Part shown: positions 18,827-29,225 of the stretch, piece after piece
Layout of the letters: every line of letters starts with the position of its first letter
Numbering within the stretch: position 1 is the first letter of the stretch
IMG/VR virus record: IMGVR_UViG_3300029305_001452
Coordinates: 32,001-96,000 of that record
DNA length: 64,000 nucleotides
Strand: one strand, 5' to 3'
Origin: a virus
Lineage: Duplodnaviria > Caudoviricetes
Notes under the pieces: model-generated
Told to the model about the DNA's origin: nothing
Database searches by the model: none
What the model saw: only the letters and a program-made list of their open reading frames with translations
Translations under genes and position numbers: made by a program

Positions 18827-19363
18827 ATGTCAATCGAAAAAATCAGAGAGTTAAACAAAATCGCAACACAAATGGAGGAGATGAAATCTAAAGCAATCAG
18901 AGAAGTTACTGATGGAAAAGAGTTAAGAATCCAGGCGTTAAAGAAAATCCAAGCATATCTTAAAGAACTTAGCAAGGCAACTGAGGGGTGTTGTTGGACA
19001 GCAGAAACTCCTATCACAATCTATTGGTTGGTCAAGCAATATGAAATTGGAACTAGATATCATAAAACAGGTGTATGTTTTAGATTCCGTTCAGATGGAA
19101 CTGTAAATATTGAACAGCCAGCAGCAGCATCTAGTTTGAGAATTACAAACTTCACAAATTTAACGGAGTTTGGAAGAGTATATCAAGACAGCACTTTCCG
19201 CTGGGAAGATGGCATGGTTGAACTCATCGACAAATGGAAAGAAATCAAGCCGTATATTGAGGAAGCTGCTGAAAAAGCTATGCTTGAACGCATGACAAAG
19301 GCACAAGAAGAGCTTGCAAATTTCAAGGCAAGTTATGAAAACATAGCAAATTTTGAAGTGTAA
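18827..19363 (+). CDS. hypothetical protein with coiled-coil ends
   Basis: GGAGGT RBS; distant similarity to the next gene. Confidence 0.7.
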   Translation: MSIEKIRELNKIATQMEEMKSKAIREVTDGKELRIQALKKIQAYLKELSKATEGCCWTAETPITIYWLVKQYEIGTRYHKTGVCFRFRSDGTVNIEQPAAASSLRITNFTNLTEFGRVYQDSTFRWEDGMVELIDKWKEIKPYIEEAAEKAMLERMTKAQEELANFKASYENIANFEV

Positions 19364-19379
19364 TAAGGAGGTAAGCATT

Positions 19380-20027
19380 ATGAAAAAGAAAATTTATGTA
19401 TGTCCTAATTGTGGTAGAGCATTAAATTTCTCCGAAGATGCAAATTACACTTTCTACTGTGGTGATTGTGGAGATTATTTCCACGAATATGAGGCAGCAA
19501 CGGAAGAACAGGCTAGAATGGAGGGGATTGTAGACTATACTGATCTTGCCAAGGCGTCTATGGAAATCAAAGCAATCACAGACAAGGCAATTAAAGAAAA
19601 TGAAAGGCAGGTTGAAATCAAGAGCAAAGATATTCTTGGGCAGGTTCTTGAATATATCAGTGAAACTATTCAGCCTATCTTAGATTCTGGAATGTATAAA
19701 GAACCGAAATTTATAGATTGTGCTAGAATTTACACTAGCAATTTTGAGCTTAGTTTTGGTAGATATATTCCAAACAACAAGGAACATCAAGCACAATTAT
19801 TCGGACGAAATGGAAATTTGCGTGTTTATTTCCATATTACCGATAGGTATTTGATTGATAATGTGGTTACCGGAGTTACTCCTTATCTTGTTCAAGATTG
19901 GCAAAAGTTAAAGGATTCTATGCACAGAATGATTCCTTATGCAATCGATGAGTGCAACAAGGCAAACCAAAAGAAACTCGAACAGCAAAGAGAAAAAGAA
20001 CAAATCATCAACAGTTTCAGACTGTAA
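19380..20027 (+). CDS. hypothetical protein with N-terminal Zn ribbon
   Basis: AAGGAGGT RBS; CPNC...CGDC. Confidence 0.75.
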   Translation: MKKKIYVCPNCGRALNFSEDANYTFYCGDCGDYFHEYEAATEEQARMEGIVDYTDLAKASMEIKAITDKAIKENERQVEIKSKDILGQVLEYISETIQPILDSGMYKEPKFIDCARIYTSNFELSFGRYIPNNKEHQAQLFGRNGNLRVYFHITDRYLIDNVVTGVTPYLVQDWQKLKDSMHRMIPYAIDECNKANQKKLEQQREKEQIINSFRL

Positions 20028-20045
20028 TACAAGGAGGTAAATATT

Positions 20046-20633
20046 ATGGCAAGTATTAACGGAATTACAGTAAAGGCAATCAAGCAGTTTAGGGGTCACG
20101 AGGGTGAACCCCTATACCAAGGAAATGTGTATCTTGGCAACAAGAAAATTGGATGGTGGTCACAGGATTCTCACGGTGGTTGCGATAACATCTGCCTTGA
20201 CAAGCCGTATAGAGTCAGAAAGCTCGAAGAAAAAGTAAAAATGCTCAACCGAGATAAAGAAAAAACATATTCTAGAGGTGACGGTAGCAAATATACCATC
20301 GACTATTCTCTAGATATTATGTTTGGAGAGCTGATGGTGATGTACACAGACGAAAAAATGTTTAAGAGTGCCATCAAAAACGGATACGCTGGATTACTTC
20401 TTGTAACCGATGGATATCATGCATTTGGTCTGTACTTAAATAGAGAAATCGTTGGATTGCCTAATGAAGTTGTTTGCATGAAGCTTTCCAAGCTGATTGA
20501 AGACGGCAAAAAGAAATATGGGTTCTACAAGGAAAGCGACTTTACCAAGCATGAAATTAAAGTCTATCGTAGTCTTGATGATTTTAACATCGGCACACAA
20601 ATTAAACTTGAAGATGTAATGGAGGATAAATAA
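20046..20633 (+). CDS. hypothetical phage protein
   Basis: AAGGAGGT RBS. Confidence 0.75.
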   Translation: MASINGITVKAIKQFRGHEGEPLYQGNVYLGNKKIGWWSQDSHGGCDNICLDKPYRVRKLEEKVKMLNRDKEKTYSRGDGSKYTIDYSLDIMFGELMVMYTDEKMFKSAIKNGYAGLLLVTDGYHAFGLYLNREIVGLPNEVVCMKLSKLIEDGKKKYGFYKESDFTKHEIKVYRSLDDFNIGTQIKLEDVMEDK

Positions 20634-20634
20634 T

Positions 20635-21003
20635 ATGGGTTACGAAAGCAAGTTGTATGTAGTAGAAAAGGCAAATAGATATATGAATGAGGATATGAGA
20701 TATTGCCAAGTGATTGCGATGTTTGATCTTTGCAAATTCTATCCGTTATCTTGCAATATCAGCCATTACCCCAAAACAGAATGCTACTTCTATGCTGATG
20801 ATGGAAATACAAAGGTTTTAGAAGACAAATATGGCGAACCGTTGAAGGAAATTCCTATCGAGGATGTGATTGATATTCTCGAAGAAAATCTTTATAACGG
20901 AAGTGATTATAGAAGAATCTATCCCATACTTTCTATGTTGAAAGAATTCGAGCGTAAAAAGAACCAATGGGGTGAACTTGCCGTATTACATTACGGATAT
21001 TAA
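20635..21003 (+). CDS. hypothetical phage protein
   Basis: GGAGG RBS; MGYESKLY...VLHYGY. Confidence 0.75.
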   Translation: MGYESKLYVVEKANRYMNEDMRYCQVIAMFDLCKFYPLSCNISHYPKTECYFYADDGNTKVLEDKYGEPLKEIPIEDVIDILEENLYNGSDYRRIYPILSMLKEFERKKNQWGELAVLHYGY

Positions 21004-21056
21004 ATAATATAAAATTAAGCTGACCTATCGGCTATACGGGGAGAAAGGAAAACATT

Positions 21057-21347
21057 ATGACCAACAAAGAATTCCAAACCAAACTCCAGGCTCTGTACGA
21101 TAAACATCCGATGATTGCAAAAAGTGAAAAGAAAACCGTAAACGAACTTTTCTATGTGCTTCGTATGGACAAGGAAAACGACTACAACATCAATGTAATT
21201 GACAGAGGTTTTGTTTCTAGTATTGTATCTGTAAAGGAATGTTTTATTCCTGTGAGGCTTCTTATGAAGCATGTGAAAAAGGTAGAATGTGACGAAGAAG
21301 ATTATGGTTGCAAGGAAATTTGTCTTACACTTGTAACAGAAAAGTAA
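21057..21347 (+). CDS. hypothetical protein
   Basis: ORF with RBS. Confidence 0.7.
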   Translation: MTNKEFQTKLQALYDKHPMIAKSEKKTVNELFYVLRMDKENDYNINVIDRGFVSSIVSVKECFIPVRLLMKHVKKVECDEEDYGCKEICLTLVTEK

Positions 21348-21360
21348 GGGAGGAAGATTT

Positions 21361-21729
21361 ATGATTCAAAACATTAAATTCATCAACAGAATTACAGACG
21401 AAATCAACAGAGAAAAGGTTATACTTGGTGACTGTGTTTACTATGTACTAGGTAATGGAAACAGAGTTAAAGCATACTGTGAGGAGCAGGGTGTGAGAAT
21501 GGAAGTTATTAACAGAAAGGAGGGTAAGGTAGACGGTGTGTGGTTGCCGTTTAGGAATTATTTCCAACCTACACAATGTAGCTCCGGCGCTCCTATGTGG
21601 TATCAGCACATTGATCATGGTAAATGGTATTTCTCTCAAACATATACACATGTGCTGCCTAAGGCAAGTGACTACAAGAATTTGGCAAATGCTATGGAAA
21701 CATATATAAGGATGTTTGATTCTCGTTAA
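21361..21729 (+). CDS. hypothetical protein
   Basis: GGAGG RBS. Confidence 0.7.
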   Translation: MIQNIKFINRITDEINREKVILGDCVYYVLGNGNRVKAYCEEQGVRMEVINRKEGKVDGVWLPFRNYFQPTQCSSGAPMWYQHIDHGKWYFSQTYTHVLPKASDYKNLANAMETYIRMFDSR

Positions 21730-21743
21730 ATGGAGGGGTATAT

Positions 21744-22082
21744 ATGATGCACGAACAAGTAAGAAAACAACTTGAACATTTAAAGTATTGGGTGAATGCA
21801 GAGTCAAAATACGAAGAAGATTGTGAAAGGTGGGGAATTCCGTATACCCCATCAAGAAGAAAATGGGAAGATATTGAACTTTATGAAGAGTACAAGAGAG
21901 AAGTCGAAAAGAACGGCGATAAAAATCTTCTCGTTATGGTAAAGATGAACGGAGATGGTATGTATGGTGTATATCCGTTTGCAAGAAGATATGTGCATGA
22001 GCCTTATCTTGTGCATAGAACTGAACATGGTGCTGAGGTGTTGGTTAGAGAAGACGAAGTAAAAGTAGTAAAGGTGCATTAA
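21744..22082 (+). CDS. hypothetical protein
   Basis: GGAGG RBS; stop codon lies in a cassette site. Confidence 0.7.
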   Translation: MMHEQVRKQLEHLKYWVNAESKYEEDCERWGIPYTPSRRKWEDIELYEEYKREVEKNGDKNLLVMVKMNGDGMYGVYPFARRYVHEPYLVHRTEHGAEVLVREDEVKVVKVH

Positions 22083-22097
22083 AAGGATAATTTTATT

Positions 22098-22343
22098 ATG
22101 GAGGATTTGATTATGACAGTTAGAGAACTGATTGATATGTTGGAAAACTTTGATGATGATATGGAAGTTAGAATTGGTATGCAACAGACTTATGGTACTG
22201 ATTTTGCAATGAGTATCAGAGATGTTGAAGAATACAATGTAATGGCTTTCTATGGAGAAGATTACAAAGCCGTTGTAATCACAGAGGGTAGACAATGTGG
22301 TGCAGTTGATTATGACGGAGAGCATGACGATTGGGAAGATTAA
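22098..22343 (+). CDS. small phage protein (MTVRELIDML family)
   Basis: flanked by TAAAA-N6-TTTT sites. Confidence 0.7.
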   Translation: MEDLIMTVRELIDMLENFDDDMEVRIGMQQTYGTDFAMSIRDVEEYNVMAFYGEDYKAVVITEGRQCGAVDYDGEHDDWED

Positions 22344-22547
22344 AAAGATAATTTTGTGAGGTGTGATTATGTCTATAGAAGAATTTAAAACATATCTTGA
22401 TATGATTGTAGAGAAGGCTTTTAAGGAAGGTGTTCTTTATGAGCGGAACAGAAGAAAGTTTGGCTATGACGAAAATTGGATTGCAATGGAAATGGCTATT
22501 GACAATGCGAAGGTAAATATTCTTGGTGAATAAGTGGGGGGTTTTAT

Positions 22548-22772
22548 ATGAGAGTTATTTCTACTACTGATTTGAGTGATTATGGAAACGATTGTTATAT
22601 CCATAAATCTGTAAGCCTTGTTGAAGATTTTGGAATGTACAATATCCTAACCGTAGAGAAGGTTGTTGGTTGGTGCGAAAGAGAACAGATGTACCTTATG
22701 GCTGATACTACTTGCAATTTTGATAAGGCAAAGTGGATATACAAGCAAAAGGGTGGCATTTTGGAAGAATAA
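22548..22772 (+). CDS. hypothetical protein
   Basis: stop codon lies in a cassette site. Confidence 0.65.
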   Translation: MRVISTTDLSDYGNDCYIHKSVSLVEDFGMYNILTVEKVVGWCEREQMYLMADTTCNFDKAKWIYKQKGGILEE

Positions 22773-22799
22773 AATGACGATTTTAATGGGGAAATATAT

Positions 22800-23000
22800 A
22801 TGATTAGATTAAATAGTGTTGGTATGGAAAGAATTGAGCAAATTCAAGATAAATACAGATTTAAAAACAATTTTGAACTTGAAGCACACGAAGTATATGA
22901 TTTTTGTAATGATATTATGAAAGCATATTATCTTGGGTTGTGTATGGACGAAGAAGATTTAGAGTTTGTAGAAATGGTGTTGGAAAAGATGTGTGAGTAA
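22800..23000 (+). CDS. hypothetical protein
   Basis: flanked by cassette sites. Confidence 0.65.
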   Translation: MIRLNSVGMERIEQIQDKYRFKNNFELEAHEVYDFCNDIMKAYYLGLCMDEEDLEFVEMVLEKMCE

Positions 23001-23036
23001 CCACATAAAAGAGTGATTTTAACGGAGGTTTTATAG

Positions 23037-23243
23037 ATGAAAAGAACTGTTACAATTACATTCAAAGACGGAAATAAAGTTACAGTCGAACCGAAAGTAG
23101 ACTGTTTTGGACTTTTCTATTTGGATAACGGAATGGCATTTAGTGTTAATGGTGGAATCTTATATAAAGAAAAGGGTAATGTTATTTGTGGTGAGGATAT
23201 CACAGATACGGTAGATGCAATTGAAATATCTATGAAGTATTAA
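23037..23243 (+). CDS. hypothetical protein
   Basis: GGAGG RBS after a cassette site. Confidence 0.65.
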   Translation: MKRTVTITFKDGNKVTVEPKVDCFGLFYLDNGMAFSVNGGILYKEKGNVICGEDITDTVDAIEISMKY

Positions 23244-23263
23244 ACACATAAAGGAGGATTACA

Positions 23264-23497
23264 ATGAAATACAAATTAACAGTATATGATAATGAAAGCA
23301 GTATTACTTATGAATTTAATAATGCAGATGAAATTATTAGACAAATTGAAAGCATTAAAGGAGATGAAGAAGAACAGAAGGTCGAAGTTAAACAAGGCCA
23401 TACAAGACCTCTTACACCTTATGAGCGTTGTAGAAACGCTGTATATGCAACCGGCAACAGATGGGCAATTGAAAATTTTAATGCAACACATTCTTAA
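23264..23497 (+). CDS. hypothetical protein
   Basis: AAGGAGG RBS; VYATGNRWAIENFNATH motif. Confidence 0.7.
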   Translation: MKYKLTVYDNESSITYEFNNADEIIRQIESIKGDEEEQKVEVKQGHTRPLTPYERCRNAVYATGNRWAIENFNATHS

Positions 23498-23512
23498 ACG
23501 GAGGTAATGTAA

Positions 23513-23812
23513 ATGAAGTACGAAAAGAAAATTTTAATCTCTCAAAAAGAAGCAGACCATATTAACTGGTTGTTTAATATGGCAAACGAGATGGGTGAAG
23601 ATGATACTATTTCTCACACAGCGAAGTTTGACAACGGTATTGAGGTTGATGTTAAGTTGTGCGGTGTAGATGATGGTTATCCATGGACAGAAGCCGTAAT
23701 GTTTAAAAATGGAAGTGAGGTGTGTTGTACAGAGGTTTGTGAAGAATACTTGGGTGAATGGGAGTTTGAATATAACGGAGATCAATACATTGTATATGTG
23801 GAGGTAATGTAA
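23513..23812 (+). CDS. hypothetical acidic protein
   Basis: GGAGGT RBS. Confidence 0.7.
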   Translation: MKYEKKILISQKEADHINWLFNMANEMGEDDTISHTAKFDNGIEVDVKLCGVDDGYPWTEAVMFKNGSEVCCTEVCEEYLGEWEFEYNGDQYIVYVEVM

Positions 23813-24028
23813 ATGAAAACTTTGGCAGAACAACTCTTTGAAGATATGGGTAAGCCTCGTGGACTTGCCATTATGATTCTCGACATCTTTGAGGATATGC
23901 TAGATGAAAAGGGAATTATGATTCCAGATGATGACCGTATGGGTGATGAAGGTGAAGCATGTCTTTACGGATGCACCTATGGTGATTTAGAAGAAGAAAT
24001 CACATATCTGTTAGAAAAATATATGTAA
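23813..24028 (+). CDS. hypothetical acidic protein
   Basis: GGAGGT RBS. Confidence 0.7.
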   Translation: MKTLAEQLFEDMGKPRGLAIMILDIFEDMLDEKGIMIPDDDRMGDEGEACLYGCTYGDLEEEITYLLEKYM

Positions 24029-24046
24029 TATAAGGAGGAAACGAAA

Positions 24047-24451
24047 ATGAGAAAAACAAGATTTGTCATAGACACAAATGAACAAACCTATGAAGGATAC
24101 ACAGACGGAAGGCGTTGGAACGGATGGGAATGCCCTTGGTTCACAAAGGAAGTTGCAGATGAAATGATGCGAGATTTAAACAAGGAAGGAGTTGAAGCTA
24201 AATATGATTCAGAAACAGATTCTTATATCATCGAAGTAGAGTGCTATGACGAGCCAGATGTATTCGATGGTGCCGATGTAGAAACAGAAGATGGTCCAAT
24301 GCATTTGTATCCTATTGGTGCTTGGTGCTGGATTTGGGATGAAGTAGTAAATGATAAAGACGAAGAGTATATTCCATCTGCAGAAAATGGAGATTACAGT
24401 CCAAGCAATCCGTGGGATGCACCCGGAATGAATATATGGGATTTTATTTAA
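24047..24451 (+). CDS. hypothetical protein
   Basis: WNGWECPWF and C-terminal YSPSNPWDAPGM motifs. Confidence 0.75.
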   Translation: MRKTRFVIDTNEQTYEGYTDGRRWNGWECPWFTKEVADEMMRDLNKEGVEAKYDSETDSYIIEVECYDEPDVFDGADVETEDGPMHLYPIGAWCWIWDEVVNDKDEEYIPSAENGDYSPSNPWDAPGMNIWDFI

Positions 24452-24464
24452 GGAGGTATACACA

Positions 24465-24767
24465 ATGAGCATTAAACACAAAACAAACGGAATTGACCTA
24501 ATCAGAGCCAACGGTGAGGTAATCAGCCTCACCCTTGATGAAGCATATGAAATCTATCATGAGATGTTTTTACAAAACATTAAAGAGTCTGTAATTTACT
24601 TTATCGAACACATCGATGAGGAAGATTGGCCTTTTGAAACCACAAAGGAAGAGGTGATTGCAGATAAAGAATTGATAGAAGACATTATGTATGATATCAA
24701 TTACGAAGATATTAACTTAAATGATGAAGATCAGCTTTGGTATATGCTTGAAAGATATGTGAATTAA
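24465..24767 (+). CDS. hypothetical acidic protein
   Basis: AAGGAGGT RBS. Confidence 0.7.
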   Translation: MSIKHKTNGIDLIRANGEVISLTLDEAYEIYHEMFLQNIKESVIYFIEHIDEEDWPFETTKEEVIADKELIEDIMYDINYEDINLNDEDQLWYMLERYVN

Positions 24768-24773
24768 GGGAGG

Positions 24774-25142
24774 ATGAATAACATGAAGGTTAAATGTAAT
24801 TGGTGTGAAAGTATATTTAATGAAGACTACATTATAGAAAAGGACCATGAAGAGATGTGCCCTTGTTGTAAGAAAGTTGGCTATCTAGCCGATGTGAAAG
24901 AAACAGAAAACTATATTAAGTTTTCACAAGAAATCTTCAAAAAGATGTCTGTAAACGAATTGGTTTGGTTTGACAAAGTGGTTCAAGGTTTAAATCCTAG
25001 CATTCACTCAATTATAAAGTCAATTACAACAGAAAAGAAATGTCCTAGATGTGGAAAAACATTATACTGTAGTGATTTACCTGAATATGATTATGTTTGT
25101 GTAGAGTGTAATGAGAACTTTTATGAATGTGAGGTGGAATAA
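24774..25142 (+). CDS. double Zn-ribbon protein
   Basis: CNWC/CPCC and CPRC/CVEC. Confidence 0.7.
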   Translation: MNNMKVKCNWCESIFNEDYIIEKDHEEMCPCCKKVGYLADVKETENYIKFSQEIFKKMSVNELVWFDKVVQGLNPSIHSIIKSITTEKKCPRCGKTLYCSDLPEYDYVCVECNENFYECEVE

Positions 25143-25377
25143 GATGAACGAGTTTTTCAAAAAGATTGTAATGGAGACATACGCAAGCAAAACATATGGA
25201 AGAAAATTCACAGATAATATTGATGATGCCATTTGGGTGTATATCCCAGACGCAGAAACGGCAGAGCAGCTATCTGAATGGGCAAAGGAAAACTATTATC
25301 CTGCATTTGTTAATTGTGAGCCTGGACATTATTACTGGGATGAAGAAGACGAAACATTTTATAAGGAGGTATAAATT

Positions 25378-26049
25378 ATGAAAGGTACAGTTGAAAACAA
25401 GGGAGTTATTACTTTAGGTGCAAAGGTTATGGTGTCTGATCCGTGTTATGGATTGGGGACTTGGTGTCAGGGAGTTTTGGAAAATGTATTGCCTGGGCAA
25501 TATGATTGTAATGTCGAGTACAGCGATGAGGGAACTTGGGGAACAAGAGTATCTGCAATCGAAGTAACCCATGTAAATTATAAGACAGGCTCCCTGTTAT
25601 TACAGATGGAAGATTTTGAAGTCGGTGTTGATAGTGGACAGGCTGGTATTTTTGACTATGAGTATTATGCTAAGTATCATATGGATGCAACGGAAAGACC
25701 TCATGTAAATGATGATTGGTATGATATGGTGTGTGATTTAACACATACACATGTAAAAAATCCAGACTATGAAGAATTTTATTGGGAGAATGCATCTGAC
25801 ACCGTAGAAAATCTGTTAGCAAGATTTAAAGCATTTGAAGAATATAGACAAAGCATCAAGTCTGAGAAGTATTTGTATAAACTTGATGGTAATACAATTG
25901 ATAACCTTGGCTTTGTATCCTCTTCTGGATACGGAGATGGTGGATATTATTGTTGGACTACAAAGAACGAAGATGGAAAGATTGTTTCTATCAGAGTTGA
26001 ATTTATTGGTGAATATGACGAGGAGGAAGACGAGTATGAAGAAATTTAA
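25378..26049 (+). CDS. DUF4241-like protein
   Basis: VSDPCY, VDSGQAG and SSGYGDGGY motifs. Confidence 0.6.
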   Translation: MKGTVENKGVITLGAKVMVSDPCYGLGTWCQGVLENVLPGQYDCNVEYSDEGTWGTRVSAIEVTHVNYKTGSLLLQMEDFEVGVDSGQAGIFDYEYYAKYHMDATERPHVNDDWYDMVCDLTHTHVKNPDYEEFYWENASDTVENLLARFKAFEEYRQSIKSEKYLYKLDGNTIDNLGFVSSSGYGDGGYYCWTTKNEDGKIVSIRVEFIGEYDEEEDEYEEI

Positions 26050-26396
26050 AGTAACTTATAAGGAAATCGTAAAATACGAGTTTGAGATCGAGGCAAAATC
26101 TAAAGAGGATTTGGAAGAAAACATTTGGGAATATCTGAATAATCTATTCGATGGTCAAGATGGAGATTTAATTGATAGTTATGTAGAAGATATTGAGGAG
26201 GTGTAAGTATGAACGAAAAAGAAGTTGTTAAACAACTTAAGGATTTAATCGCAGAAAAGGAAGATTTATTAGAGGGAGATGAGTTGGACGAATTTTATAA
26301 AGACGATATAGAAATTCTAAAAAATGCACTCAAGCTTATTGAGGAGCTTTCTGTAGGTAGAGTGCAGTACAACAACACAAAATTAATGAAAGGAAA

Positions 26397-27089
26397 GTGA
26401 TTTATATGTCAAAAAAGAACAACAAAGAGTTTAAAATGGATCGTCAAGAGTATATTGACTTCTTAGCTAATAAGACAAACGAAATTAGTATGTCAAACAA
26501 TAATAGTAAAACAGGAAAAGCGTGTTTGAATCTTGCATTTCCTCTATGTACATGTAGAGCAGATGCACCTTGTAAAAAAGATTGCTATGCCGGAAAGGGA
26601 TGTCAGCAAATGGCAAGGGTGCAAGGAGCATATTACAGAAATTTAAGACTGTATTATGAAGACCCAGATAATTTCTTTGAACAGATCTATTGCAAGATAA
26701 AGTTCTCTGGGCTTCCTAAGGTAAGATGGTTTGATAGTGGTGATATAGCCGATGCAGAGTTTTTTGATAGAATGATTGATTTGTGTAATAAAACTCCAAA
26801 TGTAAAGCATATGGCATTCACTAAAAAATATGATATTGTAAACGAATACATTGACAAAAATGGAGATTTGCCAGATAATCTTAATGTATTGTTCTCTGCA
26901 TGGGATAGACTTTGGGAAGTTCCTAATCCTCATGGGTTAGGTGTTGCATATATAGACTTCGATGATAAGAGATTAAATCCTGATTTTCCTAAAAATGCAT
27001 TTAGATGTCCTGGAAGAGAAAGTACTTGCTCAGCATGTAGTGTGTGTTGGTCTAAGAAGCTTAAGGCCGTTGTGTTTAATCAACATTAA
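26397..27089 (+). CDS. Gp88-like (Fe-S/radical-SAM-related) phage protein
   Basis: NSKTG...CTC...C...CYA, RWFDSGD and CPG...CSAC..CW motifs. Confidence 0.65.
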   Translation: MIYMSKKNNKEFKMDRQEYIDFLANKTNEISMSNNNSKTGKACLNLAFPLCTCRADAPCKKDCYAGKGCQQMARVQGAYYRNLRLYYEDPDNFFEQIYCKIKFSGLPKVRWFDSGDIADAEFFDRMIDLCNKTPNVKHMAFTKKYDIVNEYIDKNGDLPDNLNVLFSAWDRLWEVPNPHGLGVAYIDFDDKRLNPDFPKNAFRCPGRESTCSACSVCWSKKLKAVVFNQH

Positions 27090-27121
27090 CAATACAAAAT
27101 TAATTTAAGGAGGTAAATAAT

Positions 27122-27352
27122 ATGGAAATTAGATTTGACTGTGAATGTTATGAAAGAACTTTGGTGATTACTGTCCCCACAAAATATATACATTTAGAAT
27201 CAGAAATCATGGAAGATTTGGACAGATATTATAACGAGTGGGTTTGTTTTGAAACGGAAGCAGCAGAAGAAATGTGCTTGGAAGAATACATGTTGAAGTG
27301 CTTTAGTGAAGAATACGACCTGTGGATTAAATGGGATGTGGAGGAGTGGTAA
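27122..27352 (+). CDS. hypothetical acidic protein
   Basis: AAGGAGGT RBS. Confidence 0.7.
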   Translation: MEIRFDCECYERTLVITVPTKYIHLESEIMEDLDRYYNEWVCFETEAAEEMCLEEYMLKCFSEEYDLWIKWDVEEW

Positions 27353-27561
27353 TATGGAAAGAAAAGTTGTTAATTCAGAATTAAAAGAAATAATCGGAGA
27401 ATATGGTATTGTGCGAGTTAAAGAACAAACAGTTTGGGATAACGGAAAAGTGTTTGGTAGCACAGTTATGTATGATGTTTGTTTGGAACAAGGTGATGGA
27501 GATATCGTAGCAAGTTTTGATAAGCTGAGGGACGCTAAAAAGTGGGCAAAGGAGAATTAAG

Positions 27562-27939
27562 ATGAATTGGAAAGTATTTAAAAGAGACGATCCTAGCACA
27601 CATCCAGAAATTAATTGTCCTATGCTTTTATGTAAACACTACACAAGCACAATGACATTAGCGGTCCATTATTTCGACAAGGAACATAATAAATTTTACG
27701 AAAATGACGGTGGAAGTTCCAGATGGTATAAGGCTTATGATGAATGTTACTATTCTTATATCGGTTATATTCCTAATGGATATAAGGTTCATAAACTTAT
27801 TCGTTGTTTAAATGATGATAATTGTAAAATTGGATGTGCGGATGATGGTTATTGTATGTATAATTTCTGTGAGTGTGAACAACAAGTTGTGGTCAATGAG
27901 TATGAAATAGAAACTAAGCGTATTTGGGAAGAGTTTTGA
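27562..27939 (+). CDS. hypothetical protein
   Basis: ORF with RBS. Confidence 0.7.
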   Translation: MNWKVFKRDDPSTHPEINCPMLLCKHYTSTMTLAVHYFDKEHNKFYENDGGSSRWYKAYDECYYSYIGYIPNGYKVHKLIRCLNDDNCKIGCADDGYCMYNFCECEQQVVVNEYEIETKRIWEEF

Positions 27940-27954
27940 AAGGAGTTAATAATT

Positions 27955-28479
27955 ATGAAAACAAAAATTGGTTATAAACTTTTTGAACAAGACACACAGG
28001 GGAATCTTTATCCCCTGTTCTTGGATAATAATACGATTTATCCTATTGGAGAATGGATTAAGGCAGAAATTCATTATTCTAATAAGTTTGCACCACGTCC
28101 AGGTCTTCATATTGGAGTAATTCCGGCAGCTCCATGGCTCATGTCTTATGGAGAAGACGGAAATGGATATTATAAAGGTAGACGAAAAGGATGGCGTCGT
28201 GTTTGGGCTGAAGTAGAATACAATTATACCGTTGATTATAATGAAGAGGTATCTAAGTTGCCCAAAAAGTGTTTTACAGACAGGGTTCCAGAAAACGGCT
28301 GGTATTTCTTTAAAGAGTTCGGAAAGGCAACCTGGATCATTACCGATAAAATTAAAATTAGAAGAGTAATTAGTGAAGAAGAAAGACAGGAGGTATTAAG
28401 ATGGGTACAATACGATGAAAAGAAAGAGTGGATTCCTTATAAGCATGCGCTCGAAAAACGCAAAGGAATTGCTGTGTAA
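27955..28479 (+). CDS. hypothetical phage protein
   Basis: GYKLF...LYPLF...RPGLH motif. Confidence 0.75.
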   Translation: MKTKIGYKLFEQDTQGNLYPLFLDNNTIYPIGEWIKAEIHYSNKFAPRPGLHIGVIPAAPWLMSYGEDGNGYYKGRRKGWRRVWAEVEYNYTVDYNEEVSKLPKKCFTDRVPENGWYFFKEFGKATWIITDKIKIRRVISEEERQEVLRWVQYDEKKEWIPYKHALEKRKGIAV

Positions 28480-28486
28480 AACATGG

Positions 28487-28515
28487 TTGACAACACAAAA
28501 TTAATATGATATAAT
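28487..28515 (+). promoter_or_regulatory. sigma-A promoter with the 17-bp motif overlapping -35 and spacer
   Basis: TTGACA-ACACAAAATTAATATGA-TATAAT. Confidence 0.8.
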
Positions 28516-28540
28516 TCATCATGAAAAGGAGTAATGCAAT

Positions 28541-28780
28541 ATGAAGTTGTGTTTATATAACACTTATTCAGATAATGTAGTTGGATATTGTAGATATCAC
28601 AAGTGTTATTTGACAGTAAAGCAAATGAAAACAAAAAATTGTCTTGGAAAACAATGTTTGCATTTGCAGAAAAATGAGGCACATCAATATTGGCATCAAA
28701 GAGAGGTTTTAAAACAGAAGAAAAAGAAAAAGAAAATGGATCTCGAAAATTATGTAAACAATATCAAAGCACAATATTAA
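28541..28780 (+). CDS. small basic Cys/His protein
   Basis: YCRYH...CLGKQC. Confidence 0.65.
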   Translation: MKLCLYNTYSDNVVGYCRYHKCYLTVKQMKTKNCLGKQCLHLQKNEAHQYWHQREVLKQKKKKKKMDLENYVNNIKAQY

Positions 28781-28799
28781 TATTAAGGAGGAATGCATT

Positions 28800-29216
28800 A
28801 TGCAAGAAATTTTAAAGAACATTCATAAAAATCCTGGTGTATTTCAGTATTTTAATGCAAACCCTGAGGGAAAAAATACTAACGATTGTGTGATTCGATC
28901 TATTTGTGGTGTTACTGGTAGAGAGTGGGATGATGTTGTACTAGATTTAACAATGTTTGGAATTAAGCATAAGCGTATGATTGACGATCCTGATTTATAT
29001 ACAAAATATTTGAAAGAAAATGGCTGGGTAAAGCACAAGCAACCTAAAAAGCCAGATGGAACAAAATACAAGGCTTATGAATGGGCACCATCGTTTAAGG
29101 GTAAGGCAATAGCACATGTTGGTACGCATCATATGGTGATGGTTAGTCACGGAAAAGTATGGGATACATGGTATTCACTTGATGGAGTTGTTGGTAATTA
29201 TTGGACAAAGAAGTGA
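28800..29216 (+). CDS. hypothetical protein, possible papain-like fold
   Basis: NP.GK..DCVIRS...H...DTW Cys/His/Asp pattern. Confidence 0.55.
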   Translation: MQEILKNIHKNPGVFQYFNANPEGKNTNDCVIRSICGVTGREWDDVVLDLTMFGIKHKRMIDDPDLYTKYLKENGWVKHKQPKKPDGTKYKAYEWAPSFKGKAIAHVGTHHMVMVSHGKVWDTWYSLDGVVGNYWTKK

Positions 29217-29225
29217 GGTGTCGTT

